From a virus (Duplodnaviria > Caudoviricetes): a stretch of 64,000 nucleotides of DNA. The stretch covers positions 23,578 through 87,577 of IMG/VR virus record IMGVR_UViG_3300027798_000027; one strand, given 5' to 3'. The notes under the pieces are model-generated. The model was not told the origin of the DNA. It did no database searches and saw only the letters and a list, made by a program, of their open reading frames with translations. Each line of letters begins with the position of its first letter. Position 1 is the first letter of the stretch. The translations under genes were made by a program, and so were the position numbers. Of the stretch, positions 1-8,285 are shown piece by piece.

Positions 1-260
1 ACCCAGTAAACAATTCTTTAAGGTTTGTTGTTAATATAAACTTTATATAAAATCGCAGGGTATCAAACCATCGCCCTGGCTCCATGTTGCCAAACCTTCC
101 TATGGGGATATCAGGCACATTCTGTGTCAGGCATATGGGGGATACAAGGTTTGTTATTCTATTAGGGGTTATGGGGATACTTTTGGCTTCCCCGCAAAAA
201 TAGGATACTAACCGCTATTGCCCTCTTAGGGCATTGAAAGGTTTGATAGTCCTATTTTTC
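1..260. repeat. Non-coding region with interspersed short repeats (TATGGGG(G)ATA x3, AAGGTTTG x3 plus inverted GGTTTG copies, small hairpins)
   Basis: TATGGGG(G)ATA at 101, 134 and 170; AAGGTTTG at 20, 146 and 238; hairpin TGCCCT-CTT-AGGGCA at 219-233; no ORF in the track before 299. Confidence 0.6.
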
Positions 261-263
261 GCC

Positions 264-292
264 TTGCTTTTTTCGCCGAAATTTGGTATGAT
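264..292 (+). promoter_or_regulatory. sigma70/SigA-type promoter, leaderless
   Basis: TTGCTT(264-269)-N17-TATGAT(287-292) with TG extension; ATG 6 nt downstream at 299. Confidence 0.7.
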
Positions 293-298
293 GGATAT

Positions 299-442
299 AT
301 GACAAATGAAGAAATAGCAGACCTATTAAATAAAGCATCTTATAAGATTTGGGACACCGCCAAAGTAATGAAAAACCAAGACTATCACGATGGTGTGGTT
401 AAGGGTCTTAAGATGGCATCTAACATTGTTTCTAAACTATGA
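299..442 (+). CDS. Small hypothetical protein (47 aa)
   Basis: Read by hand: MTNEEIADLLNKASYKIWDTAKVMKNQDYHDGVVKGLKMASNIVSKL; directly after a promoter; stop overlaps next ATG. Confidence 0.7.
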   Translation: MTNEEIADLLNKASYKIWDTAKVMKNQDYHDGVVKGLKMASNIVSKL

Positions 443-597
443 TGGATACAAACCTTACTTGGGCAGAAGAGGATGTTAATCTTTGGAAGGGTTGGACCTT
501 TAGCCCTGAAAAAAATAGATACTACTTTAATGATATTGGCAATGAGTCTCTTGCAGCCTTTTGGGCAGATAATTTTTTGAATCAGGCGTATGAGTAA
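439..597 (+). CDS. Small acidic/aromatic hypothetical protein (52 aa)
   Basis: Read by hand: MMDTNLTWAEEDVNLWKGWTFSPEKNRYYFNDIGNESLAAFWADNFLNQAYE; ATGA coupling to upstream ORF. Confidence 0.7.
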   Translation: MMDTNLTWAEEDVNLWKGWTFSPEKNRYYFNDIGNESLAAFWADNFLNQAYE

Positions 598-648
598 AGA
601 TATTGTTGATCTAGCCATTTCAATGACAGAGATGATACAATAATGGAT

Positions 649-1410
649 ATGATTATACAAATTATGGGGTTGCCTGGATCTGGCAAAACAGAATTAGCAA
701 AAGCCTTAAAAGAACGAATTAACGCTATTCATCTCAATGCAGATGAAGTACGTGCTACAGTTAACTCTGATCTTGGATTTACTCTAGAAGATCGTATAGA
801 GCAGGCAAGACGCATGGGTGAGATAGCAAGACTTATATCTAAGCAAGGAGTTGCTCCAGTAATTGTTGACTTTGTTTGTCCAACAAAAGAAACTCGTGAA
901 GCATTTGGTAAGCCAAATATTTTTATTTGGATGAACACAATTTCTGAAGGTAGATTTGAAGATACAAATAAAGTGTTTGAAAAACCTGATAACTTTGATA
1001 TTATTTTTGATTCACATCAAATGGATCAAAATCAAAAAGCATCTTATGTAATTAAAAAATTTAGTTTACATGACTGGTCAGCACCGACAACACTAATGCT
1101 TGGTAGATACCAGCCTTGGCACGAAGGCCATCATGCTCTTTACAGAGAAGCAGGAAAGAGAACTGATCAAGTTCTGCTTGGAGTTCGTAATACATACAAC
1201 ACTACTGAAAAAGATCCACTTAAGTTTGATCAGGTAAAAGAATATATTGCCAAAGATGAATTGATGGATGGAGCATTAGTATTAAGACTACCGAACATTA
1301 CCAACATTATTTATGGTCGTGATGTAGGATATAAAATTGAGCAAGTGGATTTGGGGGCAGACATTCATGCTATTTCGGCTACGCAAAAACGCAAAGAAAT
1401 GGGTATTTAA
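649..1410 (+). CDS. cysC: Adenylylsulfate (APS) kinase-like domain fused to HxGH nucleotidyltransferase domain
   Basis: N-terminal GLPGSGKT P-loop, LNADEVR, DLGFTLEDR, VIVDFVCP as in CysC; C-terminal LGRYQPWHEGH motif; start moved to ATG 649 because TGATACAAT lies 7 nt upstream. Confidence 0.8.
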   Translation: MIIQIMGLPGSGKTELAKALKERINAIHLNADEVRATVNSDLGFTLEDRIEQARRMGEIARLISKQGVAPVIVDFVCPTKETREAFGKPNIFIWMNTISEGRFEDTNKVFEKPDNFDIIFDSHQMDQNQKASYVIKKFSLHDWSAPTTLMLGRYQPWHEGHHALYREAGKRTDQVLLGVRNTYNTTEKDPLKFDQVKEYIAKDELMDGALVLRLPNITNIIYGRDVGYKIEQVDLGADIHAISATQKRKEMGI

Positions 1411-1459
1411 AGTCTGGAATTTTATAACCAAGCCTAACAATATGGAGTGGCCGTCATGA
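1367..1459 (+). CDS. Possible overlapping 30-aa ORF bridging cysC and DUF2061
   Basis: MLFRLRKNAKKWVFKVWNFITKPNNMEWPS; GGGGG upstream; stop overlaps ATG 1456 (ATGA). Confidence 0.35.
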   Translation: MLFRLRKNAKKWVFKVWNFITKPNNMEWPS

Positions 1460-1662
1460 ATGTAACCAAACAAAGATCAGCAGTAAAGGCTATTGTTTGG
1501 CGTTGCATTGGCACAGCAGATACTTTTGTCATTTCATGGTGGATAACTAAAGAACCCATTACAGCAGGAGCAATTGCAAGTTTTGAGGTAGTTACAAAAA
1601 CAATTCTTTATTACTTTCATGAGCGTGGATGGAACAAGGTTAAATGGGGGAGGGTTAAATGA
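1456..1662 (+). CDS. DUF2061-like small membrane protein
   Basis: RSAVKAIVWRCIGTADT...TKTILYYFHERGWNKVKWG pattern; GGAG SD before ATG 1456. Confidence 0.8.
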   Translation: MNVTKQRSAVKAIVWRCIGTADTFVISWWITKEPITAGAIASFEVVTKTILYYFHERGWNKVKWGRVK

Positions 1663-2390
1663 AAAAAATAATTAAAAAAAATATTTTTAATAAAAAAGAA
1701 AAAAGAGTTTTAAGTTACGAATCTAATATTGAAACCTATTTAAATCCAATAATACCAGCAAAAAGAGTTATTCCAGATTGGTATAAAAAAATACCACAAT
1801 GGCTTGATAATAAAATGTTTAATGATAATTTTACAATTAGGCCAACCGTAAAACTATGTGTGCCATTTTTAGATGCCTTGTCTATTGGTTATGTAATTAC
1901 TCTTCCCTTTGACTTATACATTAAAGAAAATGATGGAGTCCCAACTATTATATGGCCAAGTAATGCAGAAAGGTTTTCAGATCCTAGAGGCGAGGTAGCA
2001 AACGAAAAACTTGTTCCAACTGGACATTATTCTATTGAGTTTCTTTGGCATCCCTGGGCTGCTTATACTGTTCCAAAAGGATATAGTATTTTATTTACTC
2101 ATCCATTAAATAGAAATGATTTGCCATTTACAACCTTAAGTGGAGTAATTGATGGAGGGTTGGTAATGTCTCCTCAAGGAAATATTCCATTTTATCTTAA
2201 AAAAGGATTTACTGGACTTATTGAACAAGGAACGCCAATAGCACAATTAATACCATTTCGTCAAGAAAACTGGAACTCAAAAGAAATAAAAGGTCTGTTA
2301 AAAATTGGAAAAATGAATTATGATTCTTCTAACTCTGTGTTTAGGGGATGGTATAAAAAAACATTTTGGACAAAAAAAGAATATAACTAA
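1659..2390 (+). CDS. Uncharacterised protein, dUTPase-like/DUF6065-like beta fold
   Basis: IPDWYK...TVKLCVPFLDALSIGY...PKGYSILFTHPLNR...GTPIAQLIPF; shares patterns with the 21021-21815 product. Confidence 0.6.
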   Translation: MKKIIKKNIFNKKEKRVLSYESNIETYLNPIIPAKRVIPDWYKKIPQWLDNKMFNDNFTIRPTVKLCVPFLDALSIGYVITLPFDLYIKENDGVPTIIWPSNAERFSDPRGEVANEKLVPTGHYSIEFLWHPWAAYTVPKGYSILFTHPLNRNDLPFTTLSGVIDGGLVMSPQGNIPFYLKKGFTGLIEQGTPIAQLIPFRQENWNSKEIKGLLKIGKMNYDSSNSVFRGWYKKTFWTKKEYN

Positions 2391-2575
2391 AATTTATAGT
2401 CTAATTTAATATTAAAGGATACTTCACACTTTTTACAGTATGCAGTAGGACTATCTTTTGTATGATAGGTAGTTGATACCAAGAATACCAAACCTTCTTT
2501 ATGCATATCCACATACTTAGGATCTACAAAACCATATAGTAGTGGGATTAGTTTGTTATTGCAATGCGGACACAT
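2387..2575 (-). CDS. Small zinc-ribbon-like protein
   Basis: CPHC near the N-terminus and CKKC near the C-terminus. Confidence 0.6.
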   Translation of the reverse strand: MCPHCNNKLIPLLYGFVDPKYVDMHKEGLVFLVSTTYHTKDSPTAYCKKCEVSFNIKLDYKF

Positions 2576-2576
2576 A

Positions 2577-2915
2577 TCAAGGTCTTATCCTGTATGAGTA
2601 TGTGTTAAGAGGCTCGTAGTTTGTTCCACCAGTGCTTTTGTTATACCGTGCCACAAGTGAGTTATATCTATTAACAATATCATCTATTACGGAGTTTGCT
2701 TTGTCTACCGTCCGAACATGGGCATCTTGTTCTCTTATTAAGTCTAACTTACTGCTTGCAATAATGTCACTTGTGTATCTTATACAATAGTTAGATTGAT
2801 CTAAAATCATCTTTCGGGATTGTTTTAAATCTCCTCCCAAAAATAACAAAGCGGTAGATAGGATTACGATCAAGAATGATTGCACCCAGATTATGCCTTT
2901 AAGTTTAAATCTCAT
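2577..2915 (-). CDS. Membrane-anchored coiled-coil protein
   Basis: N-terminal hydrophobic helix followed by a helical region; TATAAT 8 nt upstream of ATG. Confidence 0.65.
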   Translation of the reverse strand: MRFKLKGIIWVQSFLIVILSTALLFLGGDLKQSRKMILDQSNYCIRYTSDIIASSKLDLIREQDAHVRTVDKANSVIDDIVNRYNSLVARYNKSTGGTNYEPLNTYSYRIRP

Positions 2916-2923
2916 ACATAACT

Positions 2924-2965
2924 ATTATACCCTATCTTGACATATTGCTCAAATTTTGATATACT
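2924..2965. promoter_or_regulatory. Back-to-back divergent promoters
   Basis: Plus strand: TTGACA(2937-2942)-N17-TATACT(2960-2965), near consensus. Minus strand: TATAAT at 2924-2929. Confidence 0.8.
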
Positions 2966-2973
2966 TGATCTAT

Positions 2974-3081
2974 ATGTCGGCTAACAGGGTTGTTATTTGT
3001 GAGATATGCAGTAAAGAAATACAGGTAAGATTAGCAATGGCATCTGAAACTTTACACAATCACATGAAAGAGCATAAATGA
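2974..3081 (+). CDS. 35-aa C2H2 zinc-finger-like microprotein
   Basis: MSANRVVICEICSKEIQVRLAMASETLHNHMKEHK: CxxC...HxxxH; follows the consensus promoter; ATGA overlap with 3078. Confidence 0.7.
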   Translation: MSANRVVICEICSKEIQVRLAMASETLHNHMKEHK

Positions 3082-3269
3082 AAAAAATAAAAGAGTTTGA
3101 AGAATTCAACAAGCCTGTTGATTTAATTGTTCATACTAAATGTCCAGATAAATGGTTGCTAATAGATAGAGAAACTGGAGAAATATATCAAGGAAGTTCT
3201 GCAGGTCATTGGAATAGGCTTGATCCAGTTATCAAAGATAACCATAACTTTACAAAACAACCTGAATAG
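3078..3269 (+). CDS. Hypothetical protein
   Basis: ORF track; coupled to the upstream ORF. Confidence 0.7.
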   Translation: MKKIKEFEEFNKPVDLIVHTKCPDKWLLIDRETGEIYQGSSAGHWNRLDPVIKDNHNFTKQPE

Positions 3270-3283
3270 GATATACTTATAAT

Positions 3284-3682
3284 ATGAAAAAAATAATCAT
3301 AACTTCTTTATTAATTGCATTGTTAATCCCAAACTCATCTGCTCAGGCTGCAACAAAATCATTAAACACTAAAGGCAATAAGTCTTCATGTAAAAATATT
3401 AAGGCAAATTATAAGTCAGAAGTGATTGCTAATTGGTCTAATGGCTTAGCAAGTGATCAAGATGTGTTAAAAGAAATAGATTTAAACATAAACATGCTTA
3501 CTGCAAAGCAAAAACCTACAACTGGTAAAATTAAAACAACTATTTCTTCTTGGATTACATCAGAAAAAAATACACAAATTGCAATAACTGATAAAAACTT
3601 TGAAGCAATTACTACTGCTATGAATTTAAAAATTTCTTCAGTTACTAATTTTGACAAACTATGTAAGTCTATAGAAAAATAA
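3284..3682 (+). CDS. Secreted hypothetical protein with signal peptide
   Basis: MKKIIITSLLIALLIPNSSAQA signal peptide with AQA cleavage site; TATACT-N6-ATG. Confidence 0.75.
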   Translation: MKKIIITSLLIALLIPNSSAQAATKSLNTKGNKSSCKNIKANYKSEVIANWSNGLASDQDVLKEIDLNINMLTAKQKPTTGKIKTTISSWITSEKNTQIAITDKNFEAITTAMNLKISSVTNFDKLCKSIEK

Positions 3683-3683
3683 T

Positions 3684-3806
3684 ATGGACGAAAAAAAAAT
3701 ACGTGAACAGATAGCCAGGGACATTGAGGCTATTGATACTAAGCAAAGTAGTGTTAATGCAGTTGGAATAAAGATTCTTGCTGCAAAGATTGCTAGGGGT
3801 GAGTAA
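3684..3806 (+). CDS. 40-aa hypothetical protein, paralogue of the 3927-4148 product
   Basis: MDEKKIREQIARDIEAIDTKQSSVNAVGIKILAAKIARGE. Confidence 0.7.
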   Translation: MDEKKIREQIARDIEAIDTKQSSVNAVGIKILAAKIARGE

Positions 3807-3832
3807 CTAGCCAAATCTGGTATCATAGAAGT

Positions 3833-3934
3833 ATGTTCTGTGAGTCCTGTGGTAGCAAACTGATTGGTGGAGACTGCTCCAACTGCTATACCAATTCTGC
3901 TGCTTTAAAAGAATTTGAGGAAGAAGATGACTAA
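3833..3934 (+). CDS. 33-aa zinc-ribbon microprotein with acidic tail
   Basis: MFCESCGSKLIGGDCSNCYTNSAALKEFEEEDD; TGGTATCAT-N6-ATG. Confidence 0.7.
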   Translation: MFCESCGSKLIGGDCSNCYTNSAALKEFEEEDD

Positions 3935-4148
3935 CTGGACTGAAGAACTTAACGATAAACAAAAAGAAGATGTCTGGAACTTTGTTGTTTTTACTGTTAA
4001 AGAAATAAGAGAGCAGATTGCTAAAGACATTGAAGCAACTATTCCACTTTGGAAGTCAAAAGGCTTATTAAAGTCTCGTAGAACACAAAAAGCCTTTGAA
4101 GCATCTGCTGCAATTGCTAGAGGACAGAACGAACAGATAAATGGCTAA
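3927..4148 (+). CDS. Hypothetical protein
   Basis: ORF track with start moved to ATG 3927 (GAGGA SD); contains IREQIAKDIEA...AIARG. Confidence 0.75.
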   Translation: MTNWTEELNDKQKEDVWNFVVFTVKEIREQIAKDIEATIPLWKSKGLLKSRRTQKAFEASAAIARGQNEQING

Positions 4149-5100
4149 CATAGTCTTTCTTGGCAACTTTGAAGTGCCTTATAGTAGTGAGAATCATCAT
4201 GCTAAGTCTTTGGAATCTCTTGGGCATACCGTGCAAAAATTGCAAGAGAAACAAGCGGGCAGCACAGAAATATTAAATGCAGCATTAAACTCTAATCTAT
4301 TCATATGGGTACACACACATAGATGGCAAACTCCAGGATCTAGGTCTATGACTGATGTGTTAAAAGAATTAAAGGCTGCTGGTATACCAACTATAACTTA
4401 TCATTTAGATTTGTGGTTTGGCATTGAGCGTGAAAAAGATTTAAAGGGTGATGACTTCTACACAAACATAGGTCATTTCTTTGCTACAGATAAGTTAATG
4501 TGTGATTGGTTTAATGAAAACACAAGTGTTAAGGGTCACTTCTTGCCTGCTGGAGTGTATGATAAAGAGTGTTATGTCCATCAAGATTACGATCCAAATA
4601 ACTTTGAGCATGACATTATTTTTGTTGGTAGCAGAGGATATCATCATGAACATAAATACCGTCCACAACTAATAGATTTCTTACGAAAGACATACGGTAA
4701 AAGGTTTTTACATGTAGGTGGAGATGGTGACACTGGCACTGTTCGTGGTGAAGCGCTTAATCGCATGTATGCAAAAAGCAAGGTAGCCATAGGAGATAGT
4801 CTTAACATTAATTTTAACTATCCATACTACACTAGCGATAGGTTGTTTGAGAGTACTGGTCGTGGTGGGTTTACTATTTATCCTCGCATCAAGGGGCTTG
4901 ATGAATACTTTGAAGATGGTAAAGAGATTATATTTTATGAACATGGTAACCTTGAAGATCTTAAACAAAAAATAGATTACTACATTTTAGATGGATTGAC
5001 TAGAGAAGAAATAAGGATTGCTGGTCATGAGCGGACTAAAAAAGAACATACATATGTTCATAGATGGTCAAGCATATTAGAAACCTTAAGCATAAAATGA
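4141..5100 (+). CDS. CgeB-like GT-B glycosyltransferase (Glyco_trans_1_2)
   Basis: IIFVGS...YR..L, SDRLFESTGRGGF, YFEDGKEIIFY, AGHERTKKEHTY..RW. Confidence 0.8.
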   Translation: MANIVFLGNFEVPYSSENHHAKSLESLGHTVQKLQEKQAGSTEILNAALNSNLFIWVHTHRWQTPGSRSMTDVLKELKAAGIPTITYHLDLWFGIEREKDLKGDDFYTNIGHFFATDKLMCDWFNENTSVKGHFLPAGVYDKECYVHQDYDPNNFEHDIIFVGSRGYHHEHKYRPQLIDFLRKTYGKRFLHVGGDGDTGTVRGEALNRMYAKSKVAIGDSLNINFNYPYYTSDRLFESTGRGGFTIYPRIKGLDEYFEDGKEIIFYEHGNLEDLKQKIDYYILDGLTREEIRIAGHERTKKEHTYVHRWSSILETLSIK

Positions 5101-5984
5101 AATATTTAGTTACGGGTGGTGCTGGCTTTATTGGATCAAACCTTGTTGATAAGTTAATTAGTCTTGGAAATGATGTTATTTGTATTGATGATGAGTCTGC
5201 AGAATGTCATGAACAGTTCTATTGGAATGATAAAGCACAAAACTATAAGTATGATGTCTGTGACTATGATTTAATTGCACCACTTTTTGGTGGCGTTGAC
5301 TGCGTGTTTCACGTTGCATCTGATGCAAGAATACAGCCAGCAATATTAAATCCTAAAAAATCTATTCAATCAAACGCAGTAGGAACAGCCAATGTTCTTG
5401 AACTTTGTAGGGTTAACAAGGTAGATAGATTAATCTATTCAAGCACATCTTCTTCTTATGGTAAAAAGGCTTTGCTTCCAAACCAGGAAACACAATCACC
5501 TGATCCACTAACTCCATACTCTGCTGCTAAGGTTTTTGGTGAAAACCTTGCAAAAGTTTATTATAATCTTTATGGACTAAAAACAATATCTCTTAGATAC
5601 TTCAATGTCTATGGAGATAGACAGCCATTGAAGGGTCAATATGCACCAGTAATAGGACTATTCTTAAAGCAATACTATGAATCAAAGCCACTAACAGTAG
5701 TTGGCGATGGATCTCAGCGCAGAGACTTTACTCATATATCAGACGTAATAGAAGCAAACATTCTTGCATCTGAGGTTGAAAATGGATTTGGGGAAGTATA
5801 TAACGTTGGGTATGGAAGTAACTATTCTATACTTGATATTGCTAATATGATTTCAAATGATATTAAATTTATTCCGTCAAGAATTGGTGAGGTGCAAGAA
5901 ACTCTTGCATCTAATTCAAAGTTTAAAGATTTAACTGAATGGGTTCCAAAGGTATCTTTAATGGATTGGTTGCAAAATGACTGA
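5097..5984 (+). CDS. NAD-dependent nucleotide-sugar epimerase/dehydratase
   Basis: MKYLVTGGAGFIGS, YSSTSS, PYSAAK (YxxxK), LRYFNVYG, GDGSQRRDF; ATGA overlap. Confidence 0.9.
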   Translation: MKYLVTGGAGFIGSNLVDKLISLGNDVICIDDESAECHEQFYWNDKAQNYKYDVCDYDLIAPLFGGVDCVFHVASDARIQPAILNPKKSIQSNAVGTANVLELCRVNKVDRLIYSSTSSSYGKKALLPNQETQSPDPLTPYSAAKVFGENLAKVYYNLYGLKTISLRYFNVYGDRQPLKGQYAPVIGLFLKQYYESKPLTVVGDGSQRRDFTHISDVIEANILASEVENGFGEVYNVGYGSNYSILDIANMISNDIKFIPSRIGEVQETLASNSKFKDLTEWVPKVSLMDWLQND

Positions 5985-6690
5985 AATGATTAAGGCTACT
6001 GTTAACGGGGAATTTGAAATAATGTTACCAAAGCATCGTGCAGATAGGCCAGAATGGTATCAACCACATGGTTGGGAAAAAATTAGATTAAAATCAATGC
6101 ATGAAAATATCGGTAAAGGCGATGTTGTTTACTATGTTGGAGCAGAAGAAGGAGAGATGCCTGCCCTATGTCAAATGTGGGGAGCAGAGGTAGTTTTATT
6201 TGAACCCAATCCAAAGGTTTGGTCACACTTTCCTTTACTTTGGAGTGCCAACAATTTAGAAAAACCAATTGCATGTATTCCTGGGTTTGCATCAGATAAA
6301 GATAATAAACTTGCACGTATTTATTATGGCGAGTTTCCACCAGAAGCAGATGCTCCTATTGAGGCTGCTCATGGATTTAAAGAATTGCAGTATGAAGCAG
6401 ATAAATATGGTCAAACAAAAATTGATACGCTTGTCTATGAAAAAGGAATGAAACCGCCAACAGCAATATCCCTTGATGTTGAGGGTAGTGAATGGAGGGT
6501 CCTAGGAGGGGCTGAAAGGGTCCTTAGAGAGCACAAACCTAAGATTTGGTTGTCTGGACACCCAGAATTTATGATGATGTATTGGAAAGAATACTTGCAT
6601 GATTTAAGACAGTTTATTAAGGGTATTGGCTATAAAGAAACATTGCTTGATTATCAACATGAAGTACACTTATATTATGAATCATATTAA
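5977..6690 (+). CDS. FkbM-family methyltransferase
   Basis: VVYYVGAEEG, VVLFEPNP, ISLDVEGSEWRVLGGA. Confidence 0.8.
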   Translation: MTEMIKATVNGEFEIMLPKHRADRPEWYQPHGWEKIRLKSMHENIGKGDVVYYVGAEEGEMPALCQMWGAEVVLFEPNPKVWSHFPLLWSANNLEKPIACIPGFASDKDNKLARIYYGEFPPEADAPIEAAHGFKELQYEADKYGQTKIDTLVYEKGMKPPTAISLDVEGSEWRVLGGAERVLREHKPKIWLSGHPEFMMMYWKEYLHDLRQFIKGIGYKETLLDYQHEVHLYYESY

Positions 6691-7531
6691 AGCATATCTT
6701 TACTCAGTTAAACAAGAAGATTGTGCTGCTGATAAATGGGATTACGGTTTATTAAAACAATTTTTTAATAAAAATAATATTAAACCAGACAAAGTAACGA
6801 CCTTGCCTAACATAGATAGAGCCTTTGTTGTTATTCCTGGACCACAAAATGTAGATTATGAAGATCAAATATCTGAAGAGTTAAGTAAGATAAGCAGGGT
6901 AGTTCTATTTATTACTGGAGATGAAAGCGCTACCTTTAAGGTTGATAAGATAGAGCATAGTAATATTGAGATTTGGATTCAATATCCCCACAGAAAACAT
7001 TCACAATATAATAAATTAGCGTTAGGTGTTCCACAACATCTATCAAATAATTTACCAGAGTATCAAGATAAATCTTACGATGTATTTTTTTCAGGACAAA
7101 TAACTCATCAAAGAAGACAAGAACTCGCAACTGTTATGCCTGACATACCAAACTCTTTTTATAATCCGACTAATGGATTTGCGGAAGGCTTAAGTCCAAA
7201 ATCATATTACGATAAAATGTTTTTATCAAAGATTGTTCCTTGCCCTAGTGGAGCAATGGTTATTGATTCATTTAGATTCTATGAAGCAATTGAAATGCTT
7301 TGTTTTCCCATAGGAGATAAGTTAGATTCAAAAATGCAAAATACAGATTTTTTTAATTTTTTATTTCAAGGTGAGCACTCAATAAAAACTGTTGAAAATT
7401 GGCAAACCTTATCTAATTTATTACCTGACTTATTAAATAACTACACATTTGAAATGCATCAAATTGTTTGTTGGTGGATTAAATATAAAAGAGATCTTTT
7501 TATTGAGTTAATGAGGCAAATAAATGCATAA
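6677..7531 (+). CDS. Exostosin/GT47-like glycosyltransferase
   Basis: YDVFFSGQITHQRR, YYDKMFLSKIVPCPSG, DSFRFYEAIEMLCFPI; probable start ATG 6677. Confidence 0.65.
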   Translation: MNHIKAYLYSVKQEDCAADKWDYGLLKQFFNKNNIKPDKVTTLPNIDRAFVVIPGPQNVDYEDQISEELSKISRVVLFITGDESATFKVDKIEHSNIEIWIQYPHRKHSQYNKLALGVPQHLSNNLPEYQDKSYDVFFSGQITHQRRQELATVMPDIPNSFYNPTNGFAEGLSPKSYYDKMFLSKIVPCPSGAMVIDSFRFYEAIEMLCFPIGDKLDSKMQNTDFFNFLFQGEHSIKTVENWQTLSNLLPDLLNNYTFEMHQIVCWWIKYKRDLFIELMRQINA

Positions 7532-8285
7532 AAGAGATATAACAATTGTCATGGCTACTTCTGTAATTACAAATCACCCAAGCACAAAAATGATAGATCA
7601 AACTATTAGTGATATTCGTGTTCATTTTCCAGACAACGAAATTATTATGCAGATAGATGGTCTTAGGGAAGAACAACAAAATCGTAAAAAAGATTATGAT
7701 AAATATAAAAATCGCATTTTGTGGAAATGTTTACATGAAGATAAAAACATATTACCATTTATATTTAAAGAGCATAGTCATCAAACCAACATGATGCGTC
7801 AAACAATTACTGAAGTTAAAACACCGCTATTACTTTATGTTGAAGGCGATGCTCCTTTAACTCCAGACACACCAATAGATTGGGACAAGTGTTTAGATAT
7901 GTTTGAATACAATAAAGCAAATACTATTCGTTTTCATTTTGAAGCATTTATACCAAAAGATCACGAACATCTTATGTTTGGATTAGAAGATGGCTTTATG
8001 AAAACTACACAATGGAGTCAGCGACCACATTTAAGTAGAAAAAAATATTATAAAGATATTGTGCTTCCAAGATGTAAAGATAAATTTTTTATAGAAGATA
8101 CATTTCATGGAGCAATTCAAGATGATATATCTCCATATGGGCAGTTTAATCAAGAGGGTTGGGAGATGCATAAACTTTGGATTTATCACCCTGAAGGTAA
8201 TATTAAACGCTCTTATCATTTAGATGGTCGTCAAGGCGGAAGAAAGTATACTTCTGATGATGTAACTTGGGGGTATAAAGAATGA
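7524..8285 (+). CDS. GT-A fold (GT2-like) glycosyltransferase
   Basis: ITIVMATS at the N-terminus, TPLLLYVEGD acidic motif, WSQRPHL, SYHLDGR. Confidence 0.6.
   Translation: MHKRDITIVMATSVITNHPSTKMIDQTISDIRVHFPDNEIIMQIDGLREEQQNRKKDYDKYKNRILWKCLHEDKNILPFIFKEHSHQTNMMRQTITEVKTPLLLYVEGDAPLTPDTPIDWDKCLDMFEYNKANTIRFHFEAFIPKDHEHLMFGLEDGFMKTTQWSQRPHLSRKKYYKDIVLPRCKDKFFIEDTFHGAIQDDISPYGQFNQEGWEMHKLWIYHPEGNIKRSYHLDGRQGGRKYTSDDVTWGYKE

Noticed and set aside
20-250. CRISPR array or tRNA in the repeated non-coding region
   Set aside because: The repeats are only 8-11 nt and imperfect, have no constant repeat-spacer period, and form no cloverleaf.
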